From a virus (taxonomy: Duplodnaviria; Caudoviricetes), in the IMG/VR virus record IMGVR_UViG_3300025789_000018: a DNA stretch of 64,000 nucleotides. One strand, 5' to 3'. The notes below the pieces were generated by a model. The model ran no database searches. It was not told the origin of the DNA and saw only the letters and a list, made by a program, of their open reading frames with translations. Below are positions 17,451-26,650 of this stretch, in pieces. The translations under genes were made by a program, and so were the position numbers. Within the stretch, counting starts at the first letter, position 1. Each line of letters starts with the position of its first letter.

Positions 17451-18464
17451 TCACCCGATGTTTGTAAACCAATCGTAAATGAAGCCATAGTTGCTGTTAG
17501 CTTCAATCTGAGACAGTGGAATAGAAATAGATGCATTGCTTGTTGGATTGCCATTTGCATCAAGACCAGGAGTAATCTGTACATATTCTGCAATAAGAGA
17601 GTTGCCAGAAGTTGTAAAGGTTACGTTAGAGTTTAAACCAGTATATATGTTGCTAAGTGAAACCGATGTCGTATTTACCGCGGTTACTGTTGTATTTGCT
17701 GGCAATCCTTGAACGTTTGCTGTAATCCTAGAACCAACATCGATAGCATCAATATCGGCATTTGTAAAGATTGTGTTACTGCCGTTACTGATTGTGCCAA
17801 CAAAAGTATCACTATCACCAGATACACGGAAGTTGATATCAACAGTATTGATGACGCCCTGTGTTGAGATTGGACCAAAGATATAGCCTTTGAGAACGAA
17901 CTGAAGTTCCCAAATGATAGCATAGCGGTCATTGAAACTGGCTTCGTAAGTATCTTCATACTGAATGTTTTTTAAAACAACAGGAATATCCATCACAATA
18001 CCCATTTCTGGAATGAGATTGATCGCTGTTGTCCACTCTGGCTTGAAGAATGGCAAAATCTGTTCTACAATGCGACAAGCATCATCGGCGTTTCTAGCAA
18101 GAATCGATAGATCGATGTTAAAGTTGTACGGAACAGGATTGTACTGATACCCGAGTGTGTTGCCCATATTTGTTAGATTGACATTCTTGCCAACCGTGTT
18201 TAACTTACGCGATGAATCGTATTCAACACTTTTGATTTCAAAAGACATTCTAGGTAGAACCTGATTGACCTGGCGTAGCAAGTCTGGGTTCTCTTGAAGT
18301 CGAACGAGATAACGATCTTTTGGACCATATGATAGTGGCACTTTCAGCGTATCAACAGCATCTCCTGCTTCATTGACGCGATCAATGAGAATGTCATTGA
18401 ACAACGAACCAAACAGAACAATATACTTTCTGATACTGCCAAAATAAAAGTTGTTGCCAAACAT
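17451..18464 (-). CDS. gp15: Tail sheath stabiliser/completion protein with C-terminal 65-aa module insertion
   Basis: FY.GSIRKYIVLFGSLFNDI, KVPLSYGPK, LPRMSFEI....YD..RK, PVPYN, EQILPFFKP. Confidence 0.95.
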   Translation of the reverse strand: MFGNNFYFGSIRKYIVLFGSLFNDILIDRVNEAGDAVDTLKVPLSYGPKDRYLVRLQENPDLLRQVNQVLPRMSFEIKSVEYDSSRKLNTVGKNVNLTNMGNTLGYQYNPVPYNFNIDLSILARNADDACRIVEQILPFFKPEWTTAINLIPEMGIVMDIPVVLKNIQYEDTYEASFNDRYAIIWELQFVLKGYIFGPISTQGVINTVDINFRVSGDSDTFVGTISNGSNTIFTNADIDAIDVGSRITANVQGLPANTTVTAVNTTSVSLSNIYTGLNSNVTFTTSGNSLIAEYVQITPGLDANGNPTSNASISIPLSQIEANSNYGFIYDWFTNIG

Positions 18465-19183
18465 TAAATCACATCTCCGAATGGATTGGTTATACTAAAG
18501 TCCACAAACGTATTTGCCAAAGCTACAAACTCTTCATTCTGTGTTGATGGATCGATTTCATCTAGAACAAAAGTTTCGTTGACAATATCATAACCAGCTT
18601 CGGTAATAAGATCGTAACTTGCTTCGGTGAGATACCAGAAGTTACTGTCTGCCACTGAATAGTTCTGTTGGATCGAATCGATGTTTGCGATGCCAGTGTT
18701 GAACTGTTCCGAATCGTAGTTGAACTTCTCTAGCTGCAACTCAAAGTATTGTAGCGATCCAGTCTGGTAGAAGGATCTTTCATGTTCAACGAACTTGATT
18801 TCAAAAATACCAGTTGTGAATGGAAAGTAAACAAGATCACCTTCTTGTGGGCGAATCAAGTTGTATATGCTACCAATGTCTTGTGCGAACCTGCGACGAC
18901 TCACCGATAGTGTAAGTTTGTCTGCTACGTTTAGACCGAACTTGCTGAGTAGATCGCCTTCACCTTGGAAACCTTCATAATCATTAATATACATTTCAAG
19001 TGGAATAGCCACGTTAAATGAAGACGTTGGTGCTTCATCAAATAACTTATCAATATAGTTTGTTGTTCTCGGAAGATAATAGCAATCGATACCAAAAATC
19101 TGAATCATTTCGTCTGCTAGATTCTGTAGCAGATTCTGCTCAGGATTGTAATCAGAGTTTCGAAAGAAAAACGATGTCGGCAC
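18464..19183 (-). CDS. gp14: Neck protein (GTG start)
   Basis: EQNL.QNL.DE.IQIFG.DCYYLPR, GEGDLLSKFGL, RPQEGDLVYFP, FEIKFVEHE..FYQ.G. Confidence 0.95.
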   Translation of the reverse strand: MPTSFFFRNSDYNPEQNLLQNLADEMIQIFGIDCYYLPRTTNYIDKLFDEAPTSSFNVAIPLEMYINDYEGFQGEGDLLSKFGLNVADKLTLSVSRRRFAQDIGSIYNLIRPQEGDLVYFPFTTGIFEIKFVEHERSFYQTGSLQYFELQLEKFNYDSEQFNTGIANIDSIQQNYSVADSNFWYLTEASYDLITEAGYDIVNETFVLDEIDPSTQNEEFVALANTFVDFSITNPFGDVI

Positions 19184-19189
19184 TTTTGA

Positions 19190-19250
19190 TGATCCTAAAG
19201 ATTGTTTTATGTTCTATTTATAGAATATCTATTGACAATCTTTAGGATCA
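19190..19250. promoter_or_regulatory. Perfect 15-bp inverted repeat enclosing the gp14 late promoter; one arm covers the gp14 RBS
   Basis: TGATCCTAAAGATTG (19190-19204) / CAATCTTTAGGATCA (19236-19250). TATAAATA on the minus strand at 19215-19222 in the loop. Confidence 0.8.
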
Positions 19251-19259
19251 GTGTATACT
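19232..19259 (+). promoter_or_regulatory. Sigma70-like promoter pointing antisense into the homing endonuclease
   Basis: TTGACA-16 nt-TATACT. Confidence 0.5.
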
Positions 19260-19283
19260 CAGTAATGTACTGTAAGATATAGG

Positions 19284-19988
19284 TTAGGTAGTATATCCAG
19301 CATCTATTAGTGTATTCCACTTTTCAGTGTTTGGTTTAGCCATCTTTCTGATGCCATCTTTGTACAATGCTCGTCTGCCACTCATAGAATCTGATTGTTT
19401 CTTTTTTTGATCTTCACTCTTCGGAACATCTTTCATTCTATTAGAAACCGAAACTCTATGATTTTCAGATTTATTATACTCAATCATTCTTTCTCTGGAT
19501 GCCTGTATATCCTCTTGTGTTTGAGGAGGAAGTATTCTTTTTGACATCCCTATATTAAACTTTTCAATATATGAAGGATTGGATTTCTGTTCTAAAGCTT
19601 TTCTTCTTATCTTTTCTTTATGTTCTTTTGTCTTAGCAATGCCTTTGCCCGTTGTGTTCTTTTGTATTTTGGTAAGAACTCCCTTTTCATAATCTATAAA
19701 CTTTGCTGTGTTTCCACCATCTAATCCGTTCTCTTCTCTTAAGTTTGCCCATAGATCAGATTCAACTATATTATTTTCTTTTGAGAACTTTAAAGCAAAC
19801 TCTGTCGCTTCATGTTGATTTTTGAAATGAAACGTTTCTAGCGTAATATGCTTTGCATTATGTTTGCTTAAGTGTGATTTCCAATAAACACCAGAACCGC
19901 CATATGCATATGGATTATCTTGCTCTGTTTTGCCAAAATACTTTAAATCACAGTGAGAACACTGTTTGACGTATAGATAAATATTCAT
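19284..19988 (-). mobile_element. Free-standing GIY-YIG-like (Seg-type) homing endonuclease; likely start at 19988 (MNIYLYVK)
   Basis: IYLYVKQC.HC.LKYFGKT...NPY.YGGSGVYW..HL.KH, WANLREENGLDGG. AGGAG RBS precedes 19988. Confidence 0.8.
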
Positions 19989-20054
19989 GCTGATTCTCCT
20001 GCATAGAGTTAGTGTGGGTGGATGCTCTAACATCGTGACCCACAACTACTTATA
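19989..20054 (-). promoter_or_regulatory. Structured leader (late promoter, stem-loop, CTAAC, AGGAG, ATCAGC), copy 1
   Basis: TATAAGTA GTT GTGGGT..ACCCAC A CTAAC N7 AGGAG AATCAGC ATG. Homologous copy at 56105-56177. Confidence 0.65.
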
Positions 20055-20088
20055 CAAATAGAAATCTTCAATCATATCACAGACGGGT

Positions 20089-20829
20089 TTATCCGATCAT
20101 GTCCGCGCAAGGCAATGACCACGTGGTATACATCTCTTGTTCTAGCCTATCAATCTCTTTTTGAGCATCATCTCTGATCTTATCACCGTTAAACTTGTTT
20201 CCACCTGGTAGATTGATACCTGTATACTTTGTTAAGTTGTCGCCCCATTGACGCTTGACTAGTGCAGCAGCATATTGTGTCAACCAACGATCTGACCATA
20301 CTCCACCATATACGGTTGGATCAATGATCTGATATGCTTCAACGATTAAGAAGCTTCCTGGTTGTACAATGTCCCAAGCCATATCTAGATATAGAATGTT
20401 GTTGTAACGATTGAAGCGAAGTGGCTGTTGACCGACTAGAAGCTGTTCAAGAAACTGAATATGCTGCATAGCAAGATAGTATGGTACCATCGTTGTAGCA
20501 GTCAAGTCATATAGATCGTTCAATGTGATCTGATAACGAATGTTGAACAGATTATTTGATGACAACGATTCACCAACAGGGAATAGATTGACTGCACCAA
20601 TGATGTTCGATGGTAGAGTGATATACTGATTTTCAATATCAGTTGGAGTTACCTGATACTTGTAATAGGTCTTTTCAGAACCTTCGAAGTGATAGTCCCA
20701 GAAGAATGTCAAAGCTTCATCAATACGATCAGAAACTTGATCGTCATCAACGTTGATATCAATAACAGGCGCACCTAGACGGCGAAGAATGTAATATTTA
20801 AATTCATCCCTATTAGTAGGTATTGACAT
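20089..20829 (-). CDS. gp13: Neck protein
   Basis: Y.LRRLGAPVI.INVDDDQ..DRI.EAL.FF.DYHFEG, W...Y..AL.KRQWG.NL.KY.G..LPGG...NG. Confidence 0.97.
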   Translation of the reverse strand: MSIPTNRDEFKYYILRRLGAPVIDINVDDDQVSDRIDEALTFFWDYHFEGSEKTYYKYQVTPTDIENQYITLPSNIIGAVNLFPVGESLSSNNLFNIRYQITLNDLYDLTATTMVPYYLAMQHIQFLEQLLVGQQPLRFNRYNNILYLDMAWDIVQPGSFLIVEAYQIIDPTVYGGVWSDRWLTQYAAALVKRQWGDNLTKYTGINLPGGNKFNGDKIRDDAQKEIDRLEQEMYTTWSLPCADMIG

Positions 20830-21430
20830 TTTCTATATTCCTCTTTGTCTTATACTTCTTGTTGTTTTCACCAACTTCTGGTCTAATCTTTCCGTGCATA
20901 GGATTATTAACGCCAGACATTCTTTCAGACATTTTACGTTTTCTTTCCTCTGACCATTTTGTTCCTTTCATAGGATTGTTGGTCAGTGCTTTTTGTCTTC
21001 TTTTTTCTATTATGTCCGGTCTTTTATTGAACTCTACAGTATCTGGTCTTTTTCTTCCATACATAGGATTCTTTTCACCTACGTGTTGTCCTGTTCTGGT
21101 TTTACTTATATTGCTTTTAACTTCTTCTGTAAATATGACAGCACGACCGTCGTGTTTGTTTAACCACACATTATTGGTTTCTCTAATTTTCAATCTTCTT
21201 AAAACTTTATGTTCCCATTCTATAGAATCTTTAGCATCTTTGAACGTTTTTCTTATCTCGAACTCAAAAGAATCGTCGCCATATTCTTTTCTTAGTGATT
21301 TAACGACATTAGAAGATGTGAAATACTTTGTCCAGAAATCGTCAGGATGACATCCTTCTTTATATCTTACACCATAATAGAACATATTTGTCGGTATATG
21401 ATGTAGTAAGTAGGTATATGGTGTTGTCAT
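20813..21430 (-). mobile_element. GIY-YIG-like homing endonuclease with NUMOD3 repeats, inserted in the 5' end of gene 13
   Basis: PYTYLL....T..FYYGVRY..GCHPDDFW.KYFTSS, GEKNPMYGRK, NNPMHGK. Paralog of 32882..33583. Confidence 0.8.
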
Positions 21431-21498
21431 ATAACAGGAGCGCCAAGTCTTCTGAGTAGATAGTATTTGAACTGTTCTCTTGAGTTTGGAACTGCCAT
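21427..21498 (-). pseudogene. Orphaned original 5' end of gene 13 (23-codon mini-ORF)
   Basis: Translates MAVPNSREQFKYYLLRRLGAPVI* versus gp13 MSIPTNRDEFKYYILRRLGAPVIDI. The stop overlaps the endonuclease ATG (ATGA). Confidence 0.85.
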
Positions 21499-21521
21499 TG
21501 CTTCTTCCTATTGTTTATTGT

Positions 21522-21529
21522 TATTTATG
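21522..21529 (-). promoter_or_regulatory. Late promoter variant CATAAATA upstream of the gene 13 region
   Basis: One mismatch to consensus, followed by AGGAAG RBS and the mini-ORF ATG. Confidence 0.55.
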
Positions 21530-21844
21530 TTATAACCATTGACCAAGAAGATCATCAACATGTGGCATAGGATTACGATATAAGTTCAATATGACTGTAT
21601 TGTCTTCTAGTGCTTTGATTTCGTGATGTTGTTTATCATCGGTGTAATATAAAAAATCTCCAGTATTGGCTTTATATAACCACTCTTTGTCTGGACCATA
21701 TGCTTCTATACTGCCGTTGATAACAACTGTATCATGATAGTTCTTTGGTCCATGTTGATGCATCTCTAATACATCTTCAGCTTTTGCGAATACCATTTTT
21801 AGCCAATATACATTTTCATGTTTTTGGAATTGAGATTTGATCAT
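21530..21844 (-). CDS. Small cupin-like protein downstream of fibre/adhesin genes
   Basis: H.H....HDTVVINGSI and HHEIKALEDNTVILN beta-barrel pattern. Confidence 0.55.
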   Translation of the reverse strand: MIKSQFQKHENVYWLKMVFAKAEDVLEMHQHGPKNYHDTVVINGSIEAYGPDKEWLYKANTGDFLYYTDDKQHHEIKALEDNTVILNLYRNPMPHVDDLLGQWL

Positions 21845-22482
21845 TATGAGTATGTAAAAGTAACTTGTCCAGCAGCACCAGCACCGCCTACGTTTCCGTT
21901 AGGATTACTAAAGTTACCGCCCGCACCACCACCACCTGGCGGATTACCAGACGATCCTTTTGTAGTCTGAGTAGCGCCACCGTTAGGAGATGCCGCGCCA
22001 TTTGATGTTTGTCCACCACCACCGCCGCCTGATGTATTAACGTCTCCTCCACTAGCTGTTCCTCCTGTGCCCTGAAATGCAGTACCAGATCCAGCAGCAC
22101 CACCAGTGCCACCGTTTGCAGTCAGAGAGAAAGAAGTAGTAAATGTATTCTGAGAAGATGTTGTCGTTCCTCCTGTGCCTCCAGCTGCGGAACTGCCGGC
22201 GCTACCAGCAGTTCCAACTGCATAGTTTAACGTTTGACCCCAGTTTGAAGAAGTTAGAGATATAGTTTTTTTTGAGTAAGCACCTGCTCCGCCGCCACCG
22301 CCAGGTTGAGTTATACAAATATTGCTACCATGACCACCACCACCGCCAGCACCCCAAGTTTCAATAACTACTTGTGATGCTCCAGTAGGAATAGAATCAG
22401 TTCCACTGCCTGATGTGTATGTTCTTGTTACTGGCGGAAAGTATTTCTTCGAACCAAGAAACGCCATCTGAATACCACTCAT
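21844..22482 (-). CDS. Glycine-rich tail-tip adhesin-like protein (gp38-like), paralog 1; probable start MSGIQMAF at 22482
   Basis: VIETWGAGGGGG.. and repeated GxGG motifs, ending GAAGQVTFTYS. Directly follows fibre 22484..25939. Confidence 0.6.
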   Translation of the reverse strand: MSGIQMAFLGSKKYFPPVTRTYTSGSGTDSIPTGASQVVIETWGAGGGGGHGSNICITQPGGGGGAGAYSKKTISLTSSNWGQTLNYAVGTAGSAGSSAAGGTGGTTTSSQNTFTTSFSLTANGGTGGAAGSGTAFQGTGGTASGGDVNTSGGGGGGQTSNGAASPNGGATQTTKGSSGNPPGGGGAGGNFSNPNGNVGGAGAAGQVTFTYS

Positions 22483-22483
22483 A

Positions 22484-25400
22484 TTATGATACTCCTGCTC
22501 CACCAACAAACCATCTATCAACAGCAACACGAATGCAAGTTGCAGTTGCACCAGCAACTAGAGTTCTGCTTCCTGTTGTTGTAGTTCCCGCTAACTGGAT
22601 TGTAACGTTACCAGCACCAGCAATCGTAAGTGTGGCAGTATTGCCATTGATTATGCTGATAGCAGCACCATTCGCCCAAGCAACTGTGGCGTTATTGGCA
22701 ATAGTGTATGTCAAAGTTCCTGTATTGGCTGCATTGAAGATATGACCACCAGAATCTGATGCTGCTGTTGTATAGCTTGTATTCTGAATATTCTGTGGAA
22801 TATCTCTGTAGCCAACTGCATATGCACCAGCACCATAGTTGACTGTTGTGCCTCCACCAGTGAATGCTTGGTTACCAGAGATTGTGTAGTTGCCTGAAGT
22901 GTTGACATAGCTTGCAGCCGCAACACCACCGAGATTTGTTGCATTGTTTGATGTCAACGTAGCTACATTCGCAGCAAGTGTTGAGTTTAGTTGATAAGAA
23001 GCTGCTGAGACACCACCGAGATTTGTTGCATTGTTTGCAGTGCCAGCAGTAAATGATAGTCCTGTACCAGTTAGACCTGAACCAGAACCAGTAAATGTAG
23101 TTGCCGTTACTGTGGTAAATGTAGCAGAGTTTGCGGTAGTACCACCAATAGCAGCAGGAGAAGCCCAAGAATATCCTGCAAACAAAGTAGCATTCGCCGC
23201 TGTACCACTAATACCTAAGCCGTTTGTTGAGTTTGCATAAGCTTGGCTTGTATTCGCGACAGCATTAGCAACAGCATTTGTGAATGCGGTAGCTGCAATA
23301 GTTGCTGCATATGATGTTGCGTTTGTGTAAGCTGCCGAAGCATTGCTTGTGATAGCTGTATTGACAGTTCCTAATGAAACACCACCAAGCTGTACTGCAT
23401 TTACACTCGTTACACTAGCGCCATTACCAGAAATGTTATTAGCATAAAGATTCCAGACAAAGCTTGTGTTGCCTAGATTTAGATTATTCGCAGCAGGAAT
23501 AAACGCAACGTTTGATTGCCATGCAGGAATAGCTGAGTTGTAAATCAAGTTAGCAAATGTGCCAACAACAATACCAGCATTGTTTGATGTAATGGCATTC
23601 GTTGCACTGTTCGCAAGTACAAGATTTAAATCATTTGTTGTGATAACAGTTGAGTTGATGAATGTTGTAGTACCAGCAAGTGTTAGATTTCCAGTGACAG
23701 TCAAGTTACCAGAAACAGTAGCACCACCCGAGACGTTTAGACTTGCTGCATTTAGTGTGGTAAAGTTTGCTGTGTTTGCTGTAGTTGTACCAATAGAACC
23801 TGGAGCAGCCCAAGCAGCACTATTGAGCGTGAAACCATTGGTCGAGTTTGCCCATGAGCCAGGATTTGTTGTTGCAATATATGCTGTATTGACTGAAACA
23901 CCAGTGGCTGATACTGCAATACTGTTATCCGCATTTGCAACATAGACTGTGCCCGATGATGTGATAGTACCACCATTCAAGCCATTGGCAAAAGCAATAG
24001 ATGTGACTGTTCCTGGATTTGTTGTTACTGTACCCCAATAAACACCACTGATCGAGTTCGACATTAGAACTTTGCCAGAAGCACCAGACAATGCACCGTT
24101 TGCTAGAACAATCGAGGTTGTGCTGAATACAAAACCATTTGCAATAGTATTGCCTGTGAATGTTGTATTGCCTGCAATCGTGAAAGCGGCTGTTGTGTTT
24201 ACGATGTTTGTTGGAAGCTGTGCATATGGCAAAGTACCAGATGACATGTTTGATGCATTGGTATAATAACTAGCTGGCTGACCATTGAAGTTGGTTGAGT
24301 TATTTGCAGTAAGTGTTGCTACGTTTGTAGATAGACCAGCAGTTGTCTGATAGTTTCCTAGATTTGCTGATAGTTGTGCGTTAGATACAACATTAGCGGC
24401 TGATACAGAACCTACAAAGTTTGCGCTATTTGATGTGCCAGTAAATGTTGTTGAGTTGATCGTAGCATTGACAGATGCGTTGCCGATAACGATTGTGTTT
24501 GTGTTTACAGCAACACTATTCGCTGCTGTTCCAACATAAACATTTGACGACGCATTAACAAAGCCAGCATTTAGATTGCCAGAGACAGTTGTTGCTATTA
24601 CGTTTGTGACGTAAATATTTGACCAAACATAACCAGTATTACCGAGTGTGTATGTGACGTTTGCTCCAGGAATGAAACTACCATTAGCAACGACTGTGTT
24701 TGAGTAAGTAACTGCACCAGTAACGTATAGATTGCCTGATACTGTAACATTAGCAGAAAAGGTAGAGTTGCCTGTGACGTTCAATAGACCACCGACTGTG
24801 ACATTAGCAGTAGCATTTACCTGAGCAGTATTGACTACTATAGCAGCAACGTTAGCTGTAACTGTTGTTGCCGAAACTGTTGTCGCAATAACATTCGCTG
24901 TGACTGTGGTACCAACCAAGTTAGCATTGACTGTTGTTGCATTCAACGTTGTGGCATTTACAGTTGTTGTATTGACGTTGCCTACGTTGGCGAGACCAGT
25001 TACTGTGATTGTCCCTGGAGTAAGAGTAGTAACGACAGATGTATTGCCAAGAACAACTGATGTTGTATTTGCTGAGAAACCATTTGTAGTACCGATTGTG
25101 CCAATAAGCAATGCGCCTGTAGCATTTGCAACAGCTACACCAGAAGAGTTGATTACAACATTACCAGCAGCAACAACACTAGCATTTGACGCATAGACTG
25201 TTGTGGTAGAAACGTTTGCCGTTGCATTAACAATCGATGTGACCACCGCTGTTGAGTTGATTACTGAGTTGGCAGTTGAGTTGCCAATAACAACGTTTGA
25301 TGCGGTTAGAACACCACTTGTGTTTGTTGTTAGATTATAAAGTGCTTCTACAACTGAGTTGCCATATCCATAAACTGTGCTATTACCAACATTGGCAGAA

Positions 25401-25939
25401 GATGAGTTGATTAGATATACACTGGTGTTTACCCCACCAGCCGCAGTAACTAAAGCGTCATATGTAGAGTTGCCAAAGCCATATGCTGTGGAGTTACCTG
25501 TAAAGAAGTGTGTTGTATTGATCTGTGTGTTTACGGTACTGTTACCTAAAGTAACTAGTGTTGCGTTTGCAGAGAAACCTTGAGTTGTTCCAATAGTTGA
25601 AACAAGAAGAGATCCAGTAGCATTTGCAACAGATACGCCAGAAGAGTTGATAACAACATTACCAGCAGCAACAACACTAGCATTTGTGGCATAGACTGTA
25701 ACAGTGTTGACATTGATTGTAGAGGTAAGAGAACCAGTGACGTTTACGTTTGCACCAGCATTCACTGTACCAGTGATTACAACGTTGCCTTGAACGTTTG
25801 CTGTACCAGTAACAGTAAGAGCAGCATCGGGAGAAGTGTTATTGATACCTACGTTAGTCGTACCACCCACAGCATAGATTAGACTGCCATTAGCGATGAT
25901 ACCATTCTTTGCGATGAATGTTGAGTTAGTAGATGACAT
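22484..25939 (-). CDS. Long tail-fibre protein (1151 aa) with internal repeats
   Basis: N/T/A/V/S-rich beta-repeat shaft, duplicated 50-aa block, NNATNLGGV repeats, C-terminal domain similar to that of 26650..28650. Confidence 0.75.
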   Translation of the reverse strand: MSSTNSTFIAKNGIIANGSLIYAVGGTTNVGINNTSPDAALTVTGTANVQGNVVITGTVNAGANVNVTGSLTSTINVNTVTVYATNASVVAAGNVVINSSGVSVANATGSLLVSTIGTTQGFSANATLVTLGNSTVNTQINTTHFFTGNSTAYGFGNSTYDALVTAAGGVNTSVYLINSSSANVGNSTVYGYGNSVVEALYNLTTNTSGVLTASNVVIGNSTANSVINSTAVVTSIVNATANVSTTTVYASNASVVAAGNVVINSSGVAVANATGALLIGTIGTTNGFSANTTSVVLGNTSVVTTLTPGTITVTGLANVGNVNTTTVNATTLNATTVNANLVGTTVTANVIATTVSATTVTANVAAIVVNTAQVNATANVTVGGLLNVTGNSTFSANVTVSGNLYVTGAVTYSNTVVANGSFIPGANVTYTLGNTGYVWSNIYVTNVIATTVSGNLNAGFVNASSNVYVGTAANSVAVNTNTIVIGNASVNATINSTTFTGTSNSANFVGSVSAANVVSNAQLSANLGNYQTTAGLSTNVATLTANNSTNFNGQPASYYTNASNMSSGTLPYAQLPTNIVNTTAAFTIAGNTTFTGNTIANGFVFSTTSIVLANGALSGASGKVLMSNSISGVYWGTVTTNPGTVTSIAFANGLNGGTITSSGTVYVANADNSIAVSATGVSVNTAYIATTNPGSWANSTNGFTLNSAAWAAPGSIGTTTANTANFTTLNAASLNVSGGATVSGNLTVTGNLTLAGTTTFINSTVITTNDLNLVLANSATNAITSNNAGIVVGTFANLIYNSAIPAWQSNVAFIPAANNLNLGNTSFVWNLYANNISGNGASVTSVNAVQLGGVSLGTVNTAITSNASAAYTNATSYAATIAATAFTNAVANAVANTSQAYANSTNGLGISGTAANATLFAGYSWASPAAIGGTTANSATFTTVTATTFTGSGSGLTGTGLSFTAGTANNATNLGGVSAASYQLNSTLAANVATLTSNNATNLGGVAAASYVNTSGNYTISGNQAFTGGGTTVNYGAGAYAVGYRDIPQNIQNTSYTTAASDSGGHIFNAANTGTLTYTIANNATVAWANGAAISIINGNTATLTIAGAGNVTIQLAGTTTTGSRTLVAGATATCIRVAVDRWFVGGAGVS

Positions 25940-25971
25940 TTCGGTTCCCTCTCCCCGATTGATATTCTACT

Positions 25972-25979
25972 TATTTATA
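25972..25979 (-). promoter_or_regulatory. Late promoter for the 1151-aa fibre cassette
   Basis: Exact TATAAATA upstream of the GGGAGAGG RBS. Confidence 0.8.
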
Positions 25980-25990
25980 ACAAACAAACA

Positions 25991-26650
25991 TTATGAATAA
26001 GTAAACTGAACTTGACCATTGGCACCAGCACCGCCAGGGCTACCAGATGAACCACCAAAGTTCCCACCAGCACCACCACCACCTGGTGGATTACCAGCGC
26101 CCCCACTAGTAGTTTGCGCAGAGCCACCTGGTGTTGTGCCATTTGGTGCAGCAGCGCCCGTTAAAGTCTGTCCGCCACTACCATTACCTGATGTGTTTGT
26201 ATCACCACCAGAAGCTGTACCGCCCGCACCCTGATTACCGGTACTACTTCCTTGAATGCCTCCCGAACCTCCAGTTGTCAATAGCGAAAATGATGTTGTA
26301 AATGTGCCCTGTGCTGTATTAGATGATCCACCAATACTACCAGGGCTTGCTGTTCCAGATCCACCTGCGCCACCTGCGCCGACTGAATATGTGAAAGTTT
26401 TGCCCCAGCTGGTCGAAGTTAGTGCAAACGTTTTTTTCGAATAGCCACCAGATCCGCCACCACCACCAGCAGTAGTGATACATAAACTAGAACCATGCCC
26501 ACCACCACCGCCAGCGCCCCACACTTCAATAATAACCTGTGATGTGTTTGTGGGTATTGTTTCAGTTCCTGTGCCTGACGTGGTGTACTTGTGTACGGTT
26601 GTAGAGGTTCTTCTCTTTTCAAGCCCAATCATAGATGGCATAATAAACAT
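25991..26650 (-). CDS. Glycine-rich tail-tip adhesin-like protein, paralog 2; probable start MFIMPSMIG at 26650 (TAATG overlap)
   Basis: IIEVWGAGGGGGHGSSLCIT.., ending GANGQVQFTYS. Clearly paralogous to 21844..22482. Confidence 0.6.
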   Translation of the reverse strand: MFIMPSMIGLEKRRTSTTVHKYTTSGTGTETIPTNTSQVIIEVWGAGGGGGHGSSLCITTAGGGGGSGGYSKKTFALTSTSWGKTFTYSVGAGGAGGSGTASPGSIGGSSNTAQGTFTTSFSLLTTGGSGGIQGSSTGNQGAGGTASGGDTNTSGNGSGGQTLTGAAAPNGTTPGGSAQTTSGGAGNPPGGGGAGGNFGGSSGSPGGAGANGQVQFTYS

